Shown: positions 39,707 to 50,750 of the stretch, one piece after another
Layout of the letters: each line of letters starts with the position of its first letter
Position numbering within the stretch: the first letter of the stretch is position 1
Notes under the pieces: generated by a model
What the model was told of the DNA's origin: nothing
Database searches by the model: none
What the model saw: the letters and a program-made list of their open reading frames with translations, nothing else
IMG/VR virus record: IMGVR_UViG_3300005099_000066
Location: 12,949-76,948 of that record
Direction: 5' to 3' (one strand)
Source of the DNA: a virus
Length of the DNA stretch: 64,000 bases
Program-made: the position numbers and the translations under genes

Positions 39707-41396
39707 AAGTGGGTTCTTAATCAAAAACATAACCTCTGAACAGCTCCGAAAGTATTATTCTACATTTGGTAGAAAAGCAAAAATTATTTCTGTTGATGGA
39801 GTTTATTCACTTTATTTGTCGAGATTAAATATTTATCACTTGAGATTTTTTACTGAACTTGATAGCTTTTTGTCTTTATCTCCAGAGGTTCAATCTGAAA
39901 TAGAAATAAGTCAAGAAGAGGTTTTGAGGGATGCTATTGCTCAATATACTCCTGAAGAAATCTTTCCTGATGTTGATTTCAAAAGATATGTGGATTTAGA
40001 TTTATATGATTTTCAGAAAAGAGCAATAAGAAGAGCTTTCAATCAGTTTTCGTATGGACTATTTTTTGAAATGAGATGTGGAAAAACCATTACATCACTT
40101 GTTTTGTCTGCTCTCTGGTTTGAAAAGGGTATTATTGATTCAATTGTAGTTGTATCTCCTTTATCTGCTGTTGAGGGATGGCAGAGAGAAATAGAAAGAA
40201 TGAAAGTCCCAAAAATGAAATATTTCTTTGCTCCCGATTATAAGAGTATGTTAAAATTAAAAAAGGCTATTTCCAATTGTTGTTCTGTTGGGATTCTGCC
40301 TATTATTCATTTTCATTATGAATTTTGGAGAACGAAAAGATGGGAAGAATTTTTGAATGAAGTTTTGGGTTCTGTTGGGAAATTTGTTTTAATTCTTGAT
40401 GAGAGTCACAAAGTTAAAAATCCTCAATCAAAAGTTCATAAAATACTTTATGCCTTATCAAGATATGCCAAAAGAACATTACTTCTAACTGGAACTCCAA
40501 TAGGAAATACAATAGAGGATTTGTGGGCACAATCGAAGTTTTTGAATCTACAGCACAAACTCGGAGAAACTTTAACAAAATTCAGAGCCAAATTTATGTA
40601 TTCGATTCCAGGAATGTATGGATGGTTTGAAAGGAAAGGAGCAAGACAGCAGGTTCTTTATCTTATTTCCAATTCGGTTATGTCTGTTTCACAAAAGGAT
40701 GTATTTAAAACTCAGAAAGTATTTATGGAGACTCTGCATTATGATTTGAATTCTGAACAAAGAAGAGTGTATGATGGAATAGTTGATAGAATACAATTTG
40801 ATTTGAAGGATGGAAAAATAACAATCAACAATGCTTTGACAAGGTCATTAAAACTTTTACAAGTTTGCTCTGGATTTGTTATAAATGACAATGGAGTAAT
40901 AGAAGATTTTACTTCAGAAAAAGACAAATTGTTATTAGACATATTGGATACATATTCTGATGCTCCAATTGTAATTTGGACAATTTTTGATTATGAAGCA
41001 GACAAACTTTTGAAACTAATAAACAAAAAATTGAAGAGAAAAGCAATTGTTGTTGATGGAAGAACTCCAAAGGATAAAAGAACAAATTTGATTAGTTTGT
41101 TCAAAGAGGGTTCTTATAATGTGTTGATTTCGAAACCGCAAGTTTTATCTTTGGGAACGGATTTGTCGAGTTCAAGAATTGCTATATTTTATTCCAGAAG
41201 TTATTCACACATAGATAGAGAACAGGCTTTATCCAGATTGTTAAATCCAGAAGTTAAATCAGCAATTGCTATTATTGATTTAGTTGGTAGAAACACAGTT
41301 GAAGAAAGGGTTTTGGAAATTCTGAATAAAAAGAAAGAAATATCTGAAGAAGTAAAAAGTTATACAAGCTTTATCAAATTGATAAAAAGGAGCTGA
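39684..41396 (+). CDS. SNF2-family helicase
   Basis: LYDFQ, EMRCGKT, LDESH, LTGTP, GTDL, QALSR. Confidence 0.88.
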   Translation: MLEVCKYKSGFLIKNITSEQLRKYYSTFGRKAKIISVDGVYSLYLSRLNIYHLRFFTELDSFLSLSPEVQSEIEISQEEVLRDAIAQYTPEEIFPDVDFKRYVDLDLYDFQKRAIRRAFNQFSYGLFFEMRCGKTITSLVLSALWFEKGIIDSIVVVSPLSAVEGWQREIERMKVPKMKYFFAPDYKSMLKLKKAISNCCSVGILPIIHFHYEFWRTKRWEEFLNEVLGSVGKFVLILDESHKVKNPQSKVHKILYALSRYAKRTLLLTGTPIGNTIEDLWAQSKFLNLQHKLGETLTKFRAKFMYSIPGMYGWFERKGARQQVLYLISNSVMSVSQKDVFKTQKVFMETLHYDLNSEQRRVYDGIVDRIQFDLKDGKITINNALTRSLKLLQVCSGFVINDNGVIEDFTSEKDKLLLDILDTYSDAPIVIWTIFDYEADKLLKLINKKLKRKAIVVDGRTPKDKRTNLISLFKEGSYNVLISKPQVLSLGTDLSSSRIAIFYSRSYSHIDREQALSRLLNPEVKSAIAIIDLVGRNTVEERVLEILNKKKEISEEVKSYTSFIKLIKRS

Positions 41397-41398
41397 AA

Positions 41399-42040
41399 AT
41401 GACTCTAATAGATAAAGGAAGATTAAAAATGAAAGTTTCTGAAGTTGTGTCTGTTTGGAGGAAAGTTATTACTATGAAGAAAATAAAAACTTCGGTGAGA
41501 GGAAAAAGAGCGGAGCAAATAATAGAAAAATTGCTTAACAAACATCCAGCAGATGAAATCGTGTCTGTATTTGCTTCTTTACCTTCAAATTCCAGATTTG
41601 AATTATGGTGGTTGTTAAATGATAAGGCTTATGAAAGATACTTAAAGTCTTCTGAAGCAAAACAAAGGAAAGGCTCTTCAGAAGGAATAGAGCCATCTTT
41701 TAGAAATGATTTAGAATATGTATTCAATTACTTTATAAGAATGAACATACCCAAAATAAGACAGAGAAAGATGACATATCAAGAACTTTTGATGAGTTTG
41801 CCTTCTTTCGAACCACAGGTTCAAAGTTGGTTATTAGTTGACCCTGTTTATAGAGAACTTTCGAAATTGAGAATAATTCAGCCAAAAGAAACAAAACATC
41901 TGAAGGCTTTATATAGAAAAAAGTCAATAAGACAAAAACTTGAAACAGAATTTCAAAATTTTGTAGAACATCATCCTGATTTGAGAGAAATAATAAGTGA
42001 AGAATTGGAAGTGCTTGAGGAATTTAAACAGGAGGTGTGA
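41399..42040 (+). CDS. Hypothetical basic protein upstream of helicase
   Basis: 213-aa ORF; function (possible loader) not supported beyond position. Confidence 0.55.
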   Translation: MTLIDKGRLKMKVSEVVSVWRKVITMKKIKTSVRGKRAEQIIEKLLNKHPADEIVSVFASLPSNSRFELWWLLNDKAYERYLKSSEAKQRKGSSEGIEPSFRNDLEYVFNYFIRMNIPKIRQRKMTYQELLMSLPSFEPQVQSWLLVDPVYRELSKLRIIQPKETKHLKALYRKKSIRQKLETEFQNFVEHHPDLREIISEELEVLEEFKQEV

Positions 42041-42044
42041 ATAG

Positions 42045-43280
42045 TTGAAAGCAAACATTGAAAAATATATTTTGAATACTATGTTAATTTCTCCTTCACA
42101 TTGTATTGATTTAATAGATTTGGGAGTGGACAAATATGTTGAACATCCTATAATAAAACCAATTGTTTCTTTCATATCCTCCTATTATAGACAACACAAA
42201 AAGATTCCTCCTGCTGATTTGATAGTAGAAAATTTCCCACAACAAAAATACTTTCTTTCTGAGATTGTTAACCTTGAGCCTGCTCCTGATTGGGCTGTTT
42301 CTGAAGTAGAAAAATTTGTAAAAACGGTAAAGGTTCAGAAATTAACTGAATTTATTCTAACTAATTCAAGCAATCCGAAAATAACTCCTGAAGAGTTGTG
42401 GGAAAAGGGAAGAGAAATTTTGAGATTAAGAACTCCTTCAAGACTTGGAGTTGATTATTTTTCTGAAATTCCAAGACCATATTATGAAAAATTTCATCCA
42501 GAAAGTTTGGAGAACATTATTCCTACTGGACTTGTAAAGCTTGATGAATTGATGTATGGAGGAATGAGGAAAGGATGGTTTGGATTTGTTATGGGTGGAA
42601 CTGGAATGGGAAAATCTGCTCTGTTAATAAATTTTACGGCAAATGCTTTGTTGTTCAATAAAAAGGTTTTATACATTTCTTTGGAAATGTCTGTTGATGA
42701 AGTTATGCTGAGAATTGATGCTAAACTGACAGGCAAAACAATGGAAGAATTATCTAATCCAAGTATGGATAATTATTTGAGGCAATTTCTTTCTATGGTA
42801 AAACAGAAATATACAGAAGCAAATTTGAGATTGATTTACTTTCCTTCGAAGAGTATAACTGTGAACAAAATTCCTTCAATCATAGAATCTTTTCAGATGA
42901 TAAATTTCAAACCAGATTTGCTTGTTATTGACTTTGCTGATTACTTTGCTCCCCTTTCTAAAAGAAATTCGGCATGGGAAGAGGTAGTTGATACATTTCA
43001 GGTTCTGCCAGGATTTGCTAAAGAATATGATATGGCAATCTGGACTGCTACTGAAATAGGAAAAGCAAAAATGTATAACGAACAGGCAACAATAGATACT
43101 ATGTATGGTGGTTCAGGAAAATCTTTTGGTGCTGATATTATTTTGGGAATATCTGCTACTAAAGAGGAAGCAAGGCTTGGTGGTTTAAGATTAACTGTGT
43201 CGAAATTTAGACATGGAAGAAGTTTAATTGACATTCCTGTGTTTTTTGATAGAGCAAGAATGTTAATAAAAACCTTATAA
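42045..43280 (+). CDS. DnaB-like replicative helicase
   Basis: IPTGLVKLD, GGTGMGKS, ISLEMS, VIDFAD, KFRHG. Confidence 0.92.
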   Translation: MKANIEKYILNTMLISPSHCIDLIDLGVDKYVEHPIIKPIVSFISSYYRQHKKIPPADLIVENFPQQKYFLSEIVNLEPAPDWAVSEVEKFVKTVKVQKLTEFILTNSSNPKITPEELWEKGREILRLRTPSRLGVDYFSEIPRPYYEKFHPESLENIIPTGLVKLDELMYGGMRKGWFGFVMGGTGMGKSALLINFTANALLFNKKVLYISLEMSVDEVMLRIDAKLTGKTMEELSNPSMDNYLRQFLSMVKQKYTEANLRLIYFPSKSITVNKIPSIIESFQMINFKPDLLVIDFADYFAPLSKRNSAWEEVVDTFQVLPGFAKEYDMAIWTATEIGKAKMYNEQATIDTMYGGSGKSFGADIILGISATKEEARLGGLRLTVSKFRHGRSLIDIPVFFDRARMLIKTL

Positions 43281-43292
43281 GGAGGTGTATAT

Positions 43293-44691
43293 ATGGGAGC
43301 TCATGGAAATTATGGAAGAAATAACGGTCAAATAAAGGTAGCTTATTTAAATTGGGTTAGAAAGTATGTTGTTTCTTTGTCTGATGAAAAGATTGTCGAA
43401 GACTTGAAGATTTTGGAGAATCTTCCGAAAGGCTATTATGATTGGGAAATTATTGCATGTCCACATTTCTCTCCAGAAGAATTTGAGTATATATCGAAAT
43501 TTTATGTTGATTATTTGGGTCACGAGTTGAGATTCGCAATAAGAAAGAGAACATTTTACGATGGGGAGTATGTTTGGGAAAATTCAGAGGAGGGAAGTGT
43601 AATATGATTATTTTTGCTGTGTCTGTGTTTATTGCTTGTGTTGCTTTGTTTGTATTTTATTTGTTGAATATAAATAAATTTTTAAAAAGGAGGAGTGATG
43701 AAATGAATGAAAAAGCAAAAAATAAAAGCCTGGTAGATAAATTGTTAGAATTGGGATTTGAAATAATAATCCGCAAATCACATGAGAAAAAATTCGAAAG
43801 AGTTGCTGTTGAAATAATGCTATCAAAGAAAATAAAGTATCAGTCTCAGGATGTCGGATATATAGAAATAAAGTCATTTGGAATGGCAAATGATTTTGAG
43901 ACAGCTTTAAGAATTGCTGTTAAGAGGCTTGAGCCTCTTATAAAAGTAGAGGAGGTATAGAAAATGTTTGTAAAAATGTATGAAAAAAATGAAAAGCCAC
44001 GTAATATATTTACAGCATATCAGCTTGAGGAAGTAAAGGTGATAAAAGTAGGAGAAGAAAATTCTGAAACAAAAATCAAGTTATGGATAAAAGCTTCGTT
44101 TCCAGAAAAGGATGTTATTGAAATAGTATTAAATGAGGATGAAATGGTAAAAATTGCTAATTTATTGAATGAAAATGATAGGAGGTGATAAAGATGAGGG
44201 AATTAACAGCATATCATATAACTATAAGAAAGGACAAAGTATCATGGCCAAATGATAGTTTCAGGTCTGCTGAACATCAATTTTATAAATGTAATGATGG
44301 TAAAATAATAGTAGTTGCGAGTGACCCTTTCCTTATTCTTGAAAGATTAAAAATGGGAGATGTTGTCGAAAAAATAGAAGTTTTGGGAACTGGATATGTT
44401 TTCCAAAAGAGACCATCACTTTCAGAATTTGTTGATTTTGTGAGTTGTTACAAGGAAACTTTAGAAGAACTAAACAAAGCTATATCAGACAAATTTGGAG
44501 AAATGAAAACTGAAATCGAGTTTGATAAAAAAGTTATGTTTATTACTATTTACTCAACTCTCACTCCAGCTGAAACGTGGAACAGATTAGATAGAATATG
44601 CAAACAATTTGACTTTGCTGAATTGCCCATAGTCATAAGAATTGAACATGTTGATAGTGATAAAGAACCAAAAAAGGTGGTAACATTATGA
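43293..44691 (+). CDS. Four hypothetical proteins (43293-43607, ~43604-43960, 43964-44188, 44185-44691)
   Basis: Coupled ORFs with GGAGG RBS. Confidence 0.5.
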
Positions 44692-45212
44692 AAAGTGAAA
44701 CTGCTTTCTATTTGATGCAAATATTTATGGACAAATATAATGAAGTATTGCCAGGGGGAATCGAGGTTAAAAGAACTGACGAATTCCATCAATTTTTTGA
44801 TTCGATGGAGTGGATTTATGAATTTCTTGAGAGAAAGAATATACCGAAAGATAAGTTCGAATTGGTATGGGAAGCACAAAGAAGATTAAGAGAATTCTAC
44901 AAAAGGGCAAGACCAGAGTGGTTTGAAGAATCTAATCTCCAGAGGGCAATAACAAAAACAATTGCTATGCTTGTTGAGTCAGCTGAAACTTTGAATGAAC
45001 TTCCCTGGAAACCTTGGAAATCGAAGGAGTTTAACAGGAAGAAAATTCTTGAGGAGTTTGTTGATGTCTTTCATTTCTGGATGGATGCTCTACAGGAAAT
45101 GGGCTTTACGCTTGATGAAGTTGTTGACTGTTATATTAAGAAATGCAGAAAGAACATAGTTAGACAATACAAACATGAAGGATATAAATCAAAAACTTTG
45201 GAGGAAAAATAA
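44688..45212 (+). CDS. Dimeric all-alpha dUTPase-family NTP pyrophosphatase
   Basis: VESAETLNELPWKPWK...LEEFVDVFHF...YIKKCRKNIVRQ. Confidence 0.85.
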   Translation: MKSETAFYLMQIFMDKYNEVLPGGIEVKRTDEFHQFFDSMEWIYEFLERKNIPKDKFELVWEAQRRLREFYKRARPEWFEESNLQRAITKTIAMLVESAETLNELPWKPWKSKEFNRKKILEEFVDVFHFWMDALQEMGFTLDEVVDCYIKKCRKNIVRQYKHEGYKSKTLEEK

Positions 45213-45511
45213 TGTATCCGACAATCAATCTTGTTGTCTTTGATAAGCTTGTTCTGAATCCTGTTTATCTCATTTATGAAACAAAGTTGGCTGTTTTGCT
45301 TGAAATAAATGGAAAGAAAGAGTGGATTCCCAAATCACTTTTGTATTTGGTAAAGGATAATGATAATAATCGAGTGTATGGCTGGATTCCTGATTGGAAA
45401 TTTAAACAAGCCTGGGGTTCTATTGAGAAATTTAACACAAAAGACTTTATGATGAGTGACATTCCAAAAGAGGTAAAACAAAAATTCAGACAAATGATAG
45501 CTGGAGAATGA
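45212..45511 (+). CDS. Hypothetical protein
   Basis: ETKLAVLLEI...WIPKS...IPDW, a pattern common in small phage proteins. Confidence 0.55.
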   Translation: MYPTINLVVFDKLVLNPVYLIYETKLAVLLEINGKKEWIPKSLLYLVKDNDNNRVYGWIPDWKFKQAWGSIEKFNTKDFMMSDIPKEVKQKFRQMIAGE

Positions 45512-45535
45512 ATCTAATATATAGGGGAAAGTGAA

Positions 45536-46555
45536 ATGACTATTGTTATCAAATCAAATAATTTCTTCGAGGCAATAAATGAGGTATTCTTTCTCATAAA
45601 GGATAAAGGAAAAGTCAGAAAAACAAGAAACACAGAATCTGTCTATATACCTGATTTAGTTGTTATTGATGTAAAAGACCCAACTAAATTTACTTCATAT
45701 CCCCATCCTTCCAGGAAGGTTTTTCCTCCTGCTCAATTTTATGAAGTTGCTTGGGTATTATCTGGAAGAAATGATGTGTTGGGATTGGAATTGGTTTTGA
45801 AAAGGGCAAGACAATTTTCTGATAACTTTCATCAATGGAGAGGAGGGTATGGTCCCCGAATACATTGGAATAGAAATATATTTAAGATAATAGAATTGTT
45901 AAACAAAGACCCAGAAACAAGAAGAGCAATCCTTCCTATATTTTTTCCAGAGGATGTCGAAGCAACTCATTGGTCTTTGGATATTCCTTGTTCGATTATG
46001 ATTCACTTCCTTCCCATAGATGATAGGCTTGATGCAAGATTTTTTATCAGAAGCAATGATGCCTTCTGGGGCTTTACTCATATAAATTTCGTTCTGATAA
46101 GAACAATCCAGAGAATAGTTGCTTATTTCTCAAACAAAAAGGTAGGACATTTACAATACATTGCTTCAGATTTGCATGTTTACAAAAGGCATATGAACAG
46201 ACTTGAAAAAATATTGAAAAGTGTTGTCTTTCCTACTTTAGTTAAATCATACCCCTGGGATGTCTTTGAGGATAATGAATTTGATAGTCCAGAAAGTTTC
46301 TTTAAGATTTTACAAAGAGATTTGGCTGTGCTTGATTATGTTTTGATGGATAAGTCAATAAAGAAAACAAAAAGCAAATTTTTACTTGATTCAAAACCTG
46401 CTGATTACTTATTGAATTCCCCTCTCAGAAGATGGTGGCTTCCCATTTTGGCTTGGAAGAAAGGTAATTTGGAAATTATGAAAGAATATATTGATAATGT
46501 TGAAGAAACTGATGTATATGAGGCTTTGGAACTATGGATGAGAAAAGAACAATAA
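45536..46555 (+). CDS. Thymidylate synthase homolog, probably dUMP hydroxymethylase
   Basis: YGPRI, ETRRA, DIPC (catalytic Cys), IRSNDAFWGFTHIN, LHVY. Confidence 0.8.
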   Translation: MTIVIKSNNFFEAINEVFFLIKDKGKVRKTRNTESVYIPDLVVIDVKDPTKFTSYPHPSRKVFPPAQFYEVAWVLSGRNDVLGLELVLKRARQFSDNFHQWRGGYGPRIHWNRNIFKIIELLNKDPETRRAILPIFFPEDVEATHWSLDIPCSIMIHFLPIDDRLDARFFIRSNDAFWGFTHINFVLIRTIQRIVAYFSNKKVGHLQYIASDLHVYKRHMNRLEKILKSVVFPTLVKSYPWDVFEDNEFDSPESFFKILQRDLAVLDYVLMDKSIKKTKSKFLLDSKPADYLLNSPLRRWWLPILAWKKGNLEIMKEYIDNVEETDVYEALELWMRKEQ

Positions 46556-46806
46556 ATACAATAGGTATAATAGTAGAGACAGAAGACCAGAGAAGGGTCT
46601 TGGTTAATTATATAAAGAATGTTGCAAAAATCAAAGCTGATTTGAATTTGCTAAAAGTAAAACCTTTGCCAGTTGTTATTTTCTTTGAGAACTTGGAAAA
46701 CTGTCCTGTATCATATGCAAGTTTGGAATTCGTAAAATTTCATTTAAGATTTTACAAAGATACAATATTTTTCAAACCTGTAGATTTGTTTAAATGGAGG
46801 ATTTAG
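46534..46806 (+). CDS. Hypothetical protein
   Basis: 90-aa ORF overlapping the TS homolog. Confidence 0.45.
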   Translation: MDEKRTINTIGIIVETEDQRRVLVNYIKNVAKIKADLNLLKVKPLPVVIFFENLENCPVSYASLEFVKFHLRFYKDTIFFKPVDLFKWRI

Positions 46807-46917
46807 AACATGAAATTAAAAAGTATTTTGTATAATGTGTTGTCTCTTATTTTGTTAATAATTCTTTTACCAATAGCAATGATATATGTATCTTCAAACA
46901 AATGGAGGTAGCAAATT

Positions 46918-47472
46918 ATGAAGACATTTGAGGATTATATGAAATCATTTTTGGAAGGTGAGGTTCTTTTGAAGGAAGGACTTGTGTCGGAGCATATTTA
47001 CATAAGAGAATATGCTTGTAGACACTGTGATAAATTTCCTCCTCTTGAGGATGTTCCTGAAGATTTATCTGAACAATGGTTTTTTGCCATTAGAAAAGTG
47101 TTTGACGCATTTGAAGATTTAAGGGAATTTGTTGGAAGACCAATATTTATCTCTTCAGGATATAGGTGTAAAGAATATCAAAAGATTTTGACAGCAAGAG
47201 GTTATAAAACTGCTGAAGTAAGTCCCCACAATTTTGGCGTTGCTCTTGACATTATTGTTGGAGATGAAAGAGATAATCAGGTAGCTGTTTCCTTTTTAGA
47301 ACTATATCATTCCGATTTGAGAATAGGCTTTCAATTGTATAATCATAAATTCATCCACATAGACACAGCATATTTGTTGCCTATCAAAAAGCTTCAAGAA
47401 TTAAAGATACTTCCTACTCTTGTTAGAGGAGTTTCTTTGCAAAAATATTGGACAGAAGGAAAGAGATGGTAG
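46918..47472 (+). CDS. Peptidase M15A-family D-Ala-D-Ala peptidase (putative endolysin)
   Basis: ISSGYRC...SPHNFGVALDI...FIHID. Confidence 0.85.
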   Translation: MKTFEDYMKSFLEGEVLLKEGLVSEHIYIREYACRHCDKFPPLEDVPEDLSEQWFFAIRKVFDAFEDLREFVGRPIFISSGYRCKEYQKILTARGYKTAEVSPHNFGVALDIIVGDERDNQVAVSFLELYHSDLRIGFQLYNHKFIHIDTAYLLPIKKLQELKILPTLVRGVSLQKYWTEGKRW

Positions 47473-47481
47473 GAGGCTGAT

Positions 47482-47841
47482 ATGTTTTTGTATTTAATAC
47501 AAAGAATAATAATTTGTTTAATTGTGTTAATTATTGCCTATATAGCATTTGTTATATATTCTGTAAAAACAGACAGACTTTCTCCTGTTATTCATTTGGG
47601 ATTGTTTTTTGTTATTATCTTTTTGCTTGCAGGAATATTTGTTTCTATTCAAAGGGCAGTTGAATCGAGAATTCCTTATATTTCATTCGAAAGAAAACCA
47701 ACTTATGTTTATTACAAATTAAAATGTCCATACTTTGTTTCAATGGATATTTATGTTCCGAAAAGACTCTCAGATAAATTTGAGAAAGATTATAATGTTT
47801 CTAAAACTGGAGAAGTTAAGTTAAAGTGTATAATTAAATGA
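47482..47841 (+). CDS. Two-TM membrane protein
   Basis: Two hydrophobic helices followed by a soluble domain. Confidence 0.55.
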   Translation: MFLYLIQRIIICLIVLIIAYIAFVIYSVKTDRLSPVIHLGLFFVIIFLLAGIFVSIQRAVESRIPYISFERKPTYVYYKLKCPYFVSMDIYVPKRLSDKFEKDYNVSKTGEVKLKCIIK

Positions 47842-47938
47842 TTATATTCAACTGGAATCAGCTGGCTAATTTCAAATTTCTTTTTACTTTCGATAGATTT
47901 TGTGTTTTTAATTTCAAGCTTCGTTATCAGCATGTTTG

Positions 47939-48011
47939 ATGTGTGGAAATTTTCCAATTTTTGATAAAATCGAATCTAATATAATAGAGATGGAAATAAA
48001 AAGGAGGTAAA
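47939..48011 (+). promoter_or_regulatory. Repeated promoter+RBS cassette, copy 4
   Basis: 73 bp identical to 14113-14185. Confidence 0.85.
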
Positions 48012-48017
48012 ACAAGA

Positions 48018-50750
48018 ATGAATGGAGAATGTAAACTGATAAAAGTAGTAATAGAAAAGATGTTTAGAGGTAATACCGTGGTGGCAACATATACAAATGT
48101 AGATTATAGAGAAAACAAAGTTCTTATTCCCAAGAAAACTGAATATAAATTTGATGAACTTGGATTTAAAGAATCTGAAAATTCGATGCTCTTGTTCGAC
48201 AAAAAAGATGAAAGTCACTACTTTACGATTTTAAATGATTCAGTAGAAACTCTGTCCTATAAATATCACCCAGATAATAAGAAAGTTGTTCTGAAAATTT
48301 ACTTTAAAAATGGGGATTTTCTTCAGCTGGAGAGAACTTTATGAAATTTTATGAACTTGAAGAAGGGAAAATTTATCTATCTCAAAGAGGATACAGAGTG
48401 GCAAGAATAGGTGAATTTTTGTATGTGTTGTGCACTGGAAATTTTATTGTAGAACAACATGACAAAGATGGATTTAATGAGTATCCTTTTCCAACTTACT
48501 TTCCGAAATCAAGTTTGTTGTATGAAGAATTCATAAAGGGACCACCTGCTGTTCAAGAACAGATAAAGAATGGTAGAGCAAAGAAAGAGATTGTTTATAA
48601 ATCTCAGAGAGGAGTCAGAAATTTTGTTAAAAGAAAATTCGAAGCTTTCAGAAAGAAGATGATAAAAGAAAAGGCTTTACTTTACGGTTCTAAAAGATTA
48701 AATAATGAGAGAAAGAGAATTGAAGAAGAATCCAAAAGAAAGGTGAAAAGAAAAAGAAGATGAAGACAATTACAGGATTGCGGAGGTGTAATAGTGAAAC
48801 TTGTTAACAAGTCAGTTCCTTTGATTGTTGAAGATTTTTCTACTTTGGAGTTGGAATTAGTGGATATAGGTTATTCTCCAAAATTGAACAAAATCTTTGT
48901 AAAGGTAAATTTCAAAAATAATGCTGGAAAAGTAGGTCAGTTTGAAGTGGAATATAGTTCTTTGCATAGTGAAATAAAAAAGATTAATGAAAAGTATTAT
49001 TTAAGAGTCAGGGAGGTGAAAATAAAATGATATTATTTATTTTCATTTCAATTGTTGTTGTTTTTATTCTTGTTGGCTTGATTGTAGCAATAATTGCTGA
49101 TAAAAGTCTTGTGGAATTTCTGCTTCTTATAGCAATAATAGTTTGTGTTGGAGGTATTGTAGGAAAGAGAGCAGTTGAAGCAATAAACATATATAAGGAG
49201 TTGGTGGCATTAAAACAACAAATTGTGGCTTTAGAACATAATGTTGATAGGATACGCACTGCTATTTATCAGGAAAACAATAATTCTGCCTTTGATTCCA
49301 AAAATTTCAAACAATCTACTAATTTATCAAATTATTTGAGAAAAGTTGCTGAATTAAAAGGAGAATATAACTACAAATTGAGAAAAGCTTATTTTCATCG
49401 TCATTACTGGCTTTATTATTGGTTTTGGGATGGATTTCTCATTCCAAGTGCAATTGATACAATGCAATATTACTAAATCAAGGAGGAAAATATGAAAGAA
49501 GAGCTAAAAGATAAATTGTGGAATACTATTATAAAGCATTTAGTATTTATTCGACAAACCACAACAATTAACAAAGAAGCATTGGTATCACAGCCACAGA
49601 ATGCATTTGAAAATTTGAATTCCATACTACATGAAGAAATTGTGAGAGATTTGGTTGAAGGAGCGAAAAAACATATAATTGTTACTTCAGAAACAGACCC
49701 AGAAACATTGAGCATAATGCTTACTGGAAAATTGGTAGTTGTAAAAAATCCAGAAGAATTTTTGGAAAAAATAAGACAAATTCTTGATGAAATGTAGGAG
49801 CAAAATATGTATTTTTCAAAATACTTATGGGAAATTGCAGGAATTAAATTGGTATAAACTAATGGGAAGGAAATCATGATTGCAAAAATTATACTTGTTG
49901 TGTTATTTTCTCTGGTTACTTTCATAAGTTTCTTTACTTATTTAATAGATTTGATTCCCAAAAATCTTGATGACAGGAATGTAGGAGCAGTGATTTGGAT
50001 TTCTTTTATAATAACAGTTGTGCTATGTAAAATTCTACTTTTTAAATAGAAGGAGAAAACTATGGGAATGGAAAATTATGTTGTGTCATTAGAATTAGCA
50101 AAGGAATTGAAAGAGGTGGGGTTTCCGCAGAATGATGGAGAATGGTATTGGATACAAGTAAGGCTTGGCTATAAATGGGAATGGAAGTTATACTTACTTG
50201 CGAATTCCCCTTATGCCATTGACAATGATAAAATCAGAGCTCCCCTTGTTGAAGAAATTACTAAAGAATTACCTGACCATATTGCGATTGAAAGGGATGG
50301 AGAAAGGAAAAAGTATTGGTTAAACATTGAAGTCTATAAAGAAGGTTGCCGTGCTGGATATAGAACTGACCCTGCTACGCTTGGTGAAATGCCAGAATGG
50401 TTGTATGTAAGTGATGTATATCCCAAGCTCTCAGATGCTCTTGCTCAATTATGGCTCTGGGCTTACGAACGTGGGTATTTGGAGGAGAGAGATGAAGATT
50501 AAAATTGAAACAAAAGAGACACCTATCCAGGAATTTGTAAAAATGTTATATAAATATGGTGAGATATGGGCAGAAGTCCCCTGGAACATACCACAGCCAC
50601 GAATTGCCCTGTACTGCTATTCTGCGGTTTGGTGTTGATGAAAAAGGATTTTACTTTTATAGTGATAGCAAAGGTAAGGTCTATTTGGATATTTATAAAA
50701 TTCCTTCTGTGCATTTAGTAACAATTACGGAGGAGACAAATGAAGATTAA
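48018..50750 (+). other. Second array of small hypothetical genes (48018-48344, 48341-48763, 48794-49030, 49027-49476 membrane, 49492-49797, ~49877-50049 membrane, 50062-50502 and others)
   Basis: Short ORFs with RBS behind cassette copy 4; 50062 begins YVVSLELAKELKEVGFPQ, typical of phage hypotheticals. Confidence 0.5.

Noticed and set aside
11284-48011. Repeated ~34-73 bp element as a CRISPR array
   Set aside because: Copies are kilobases apart, have no spacers, and each precedes a gene start.
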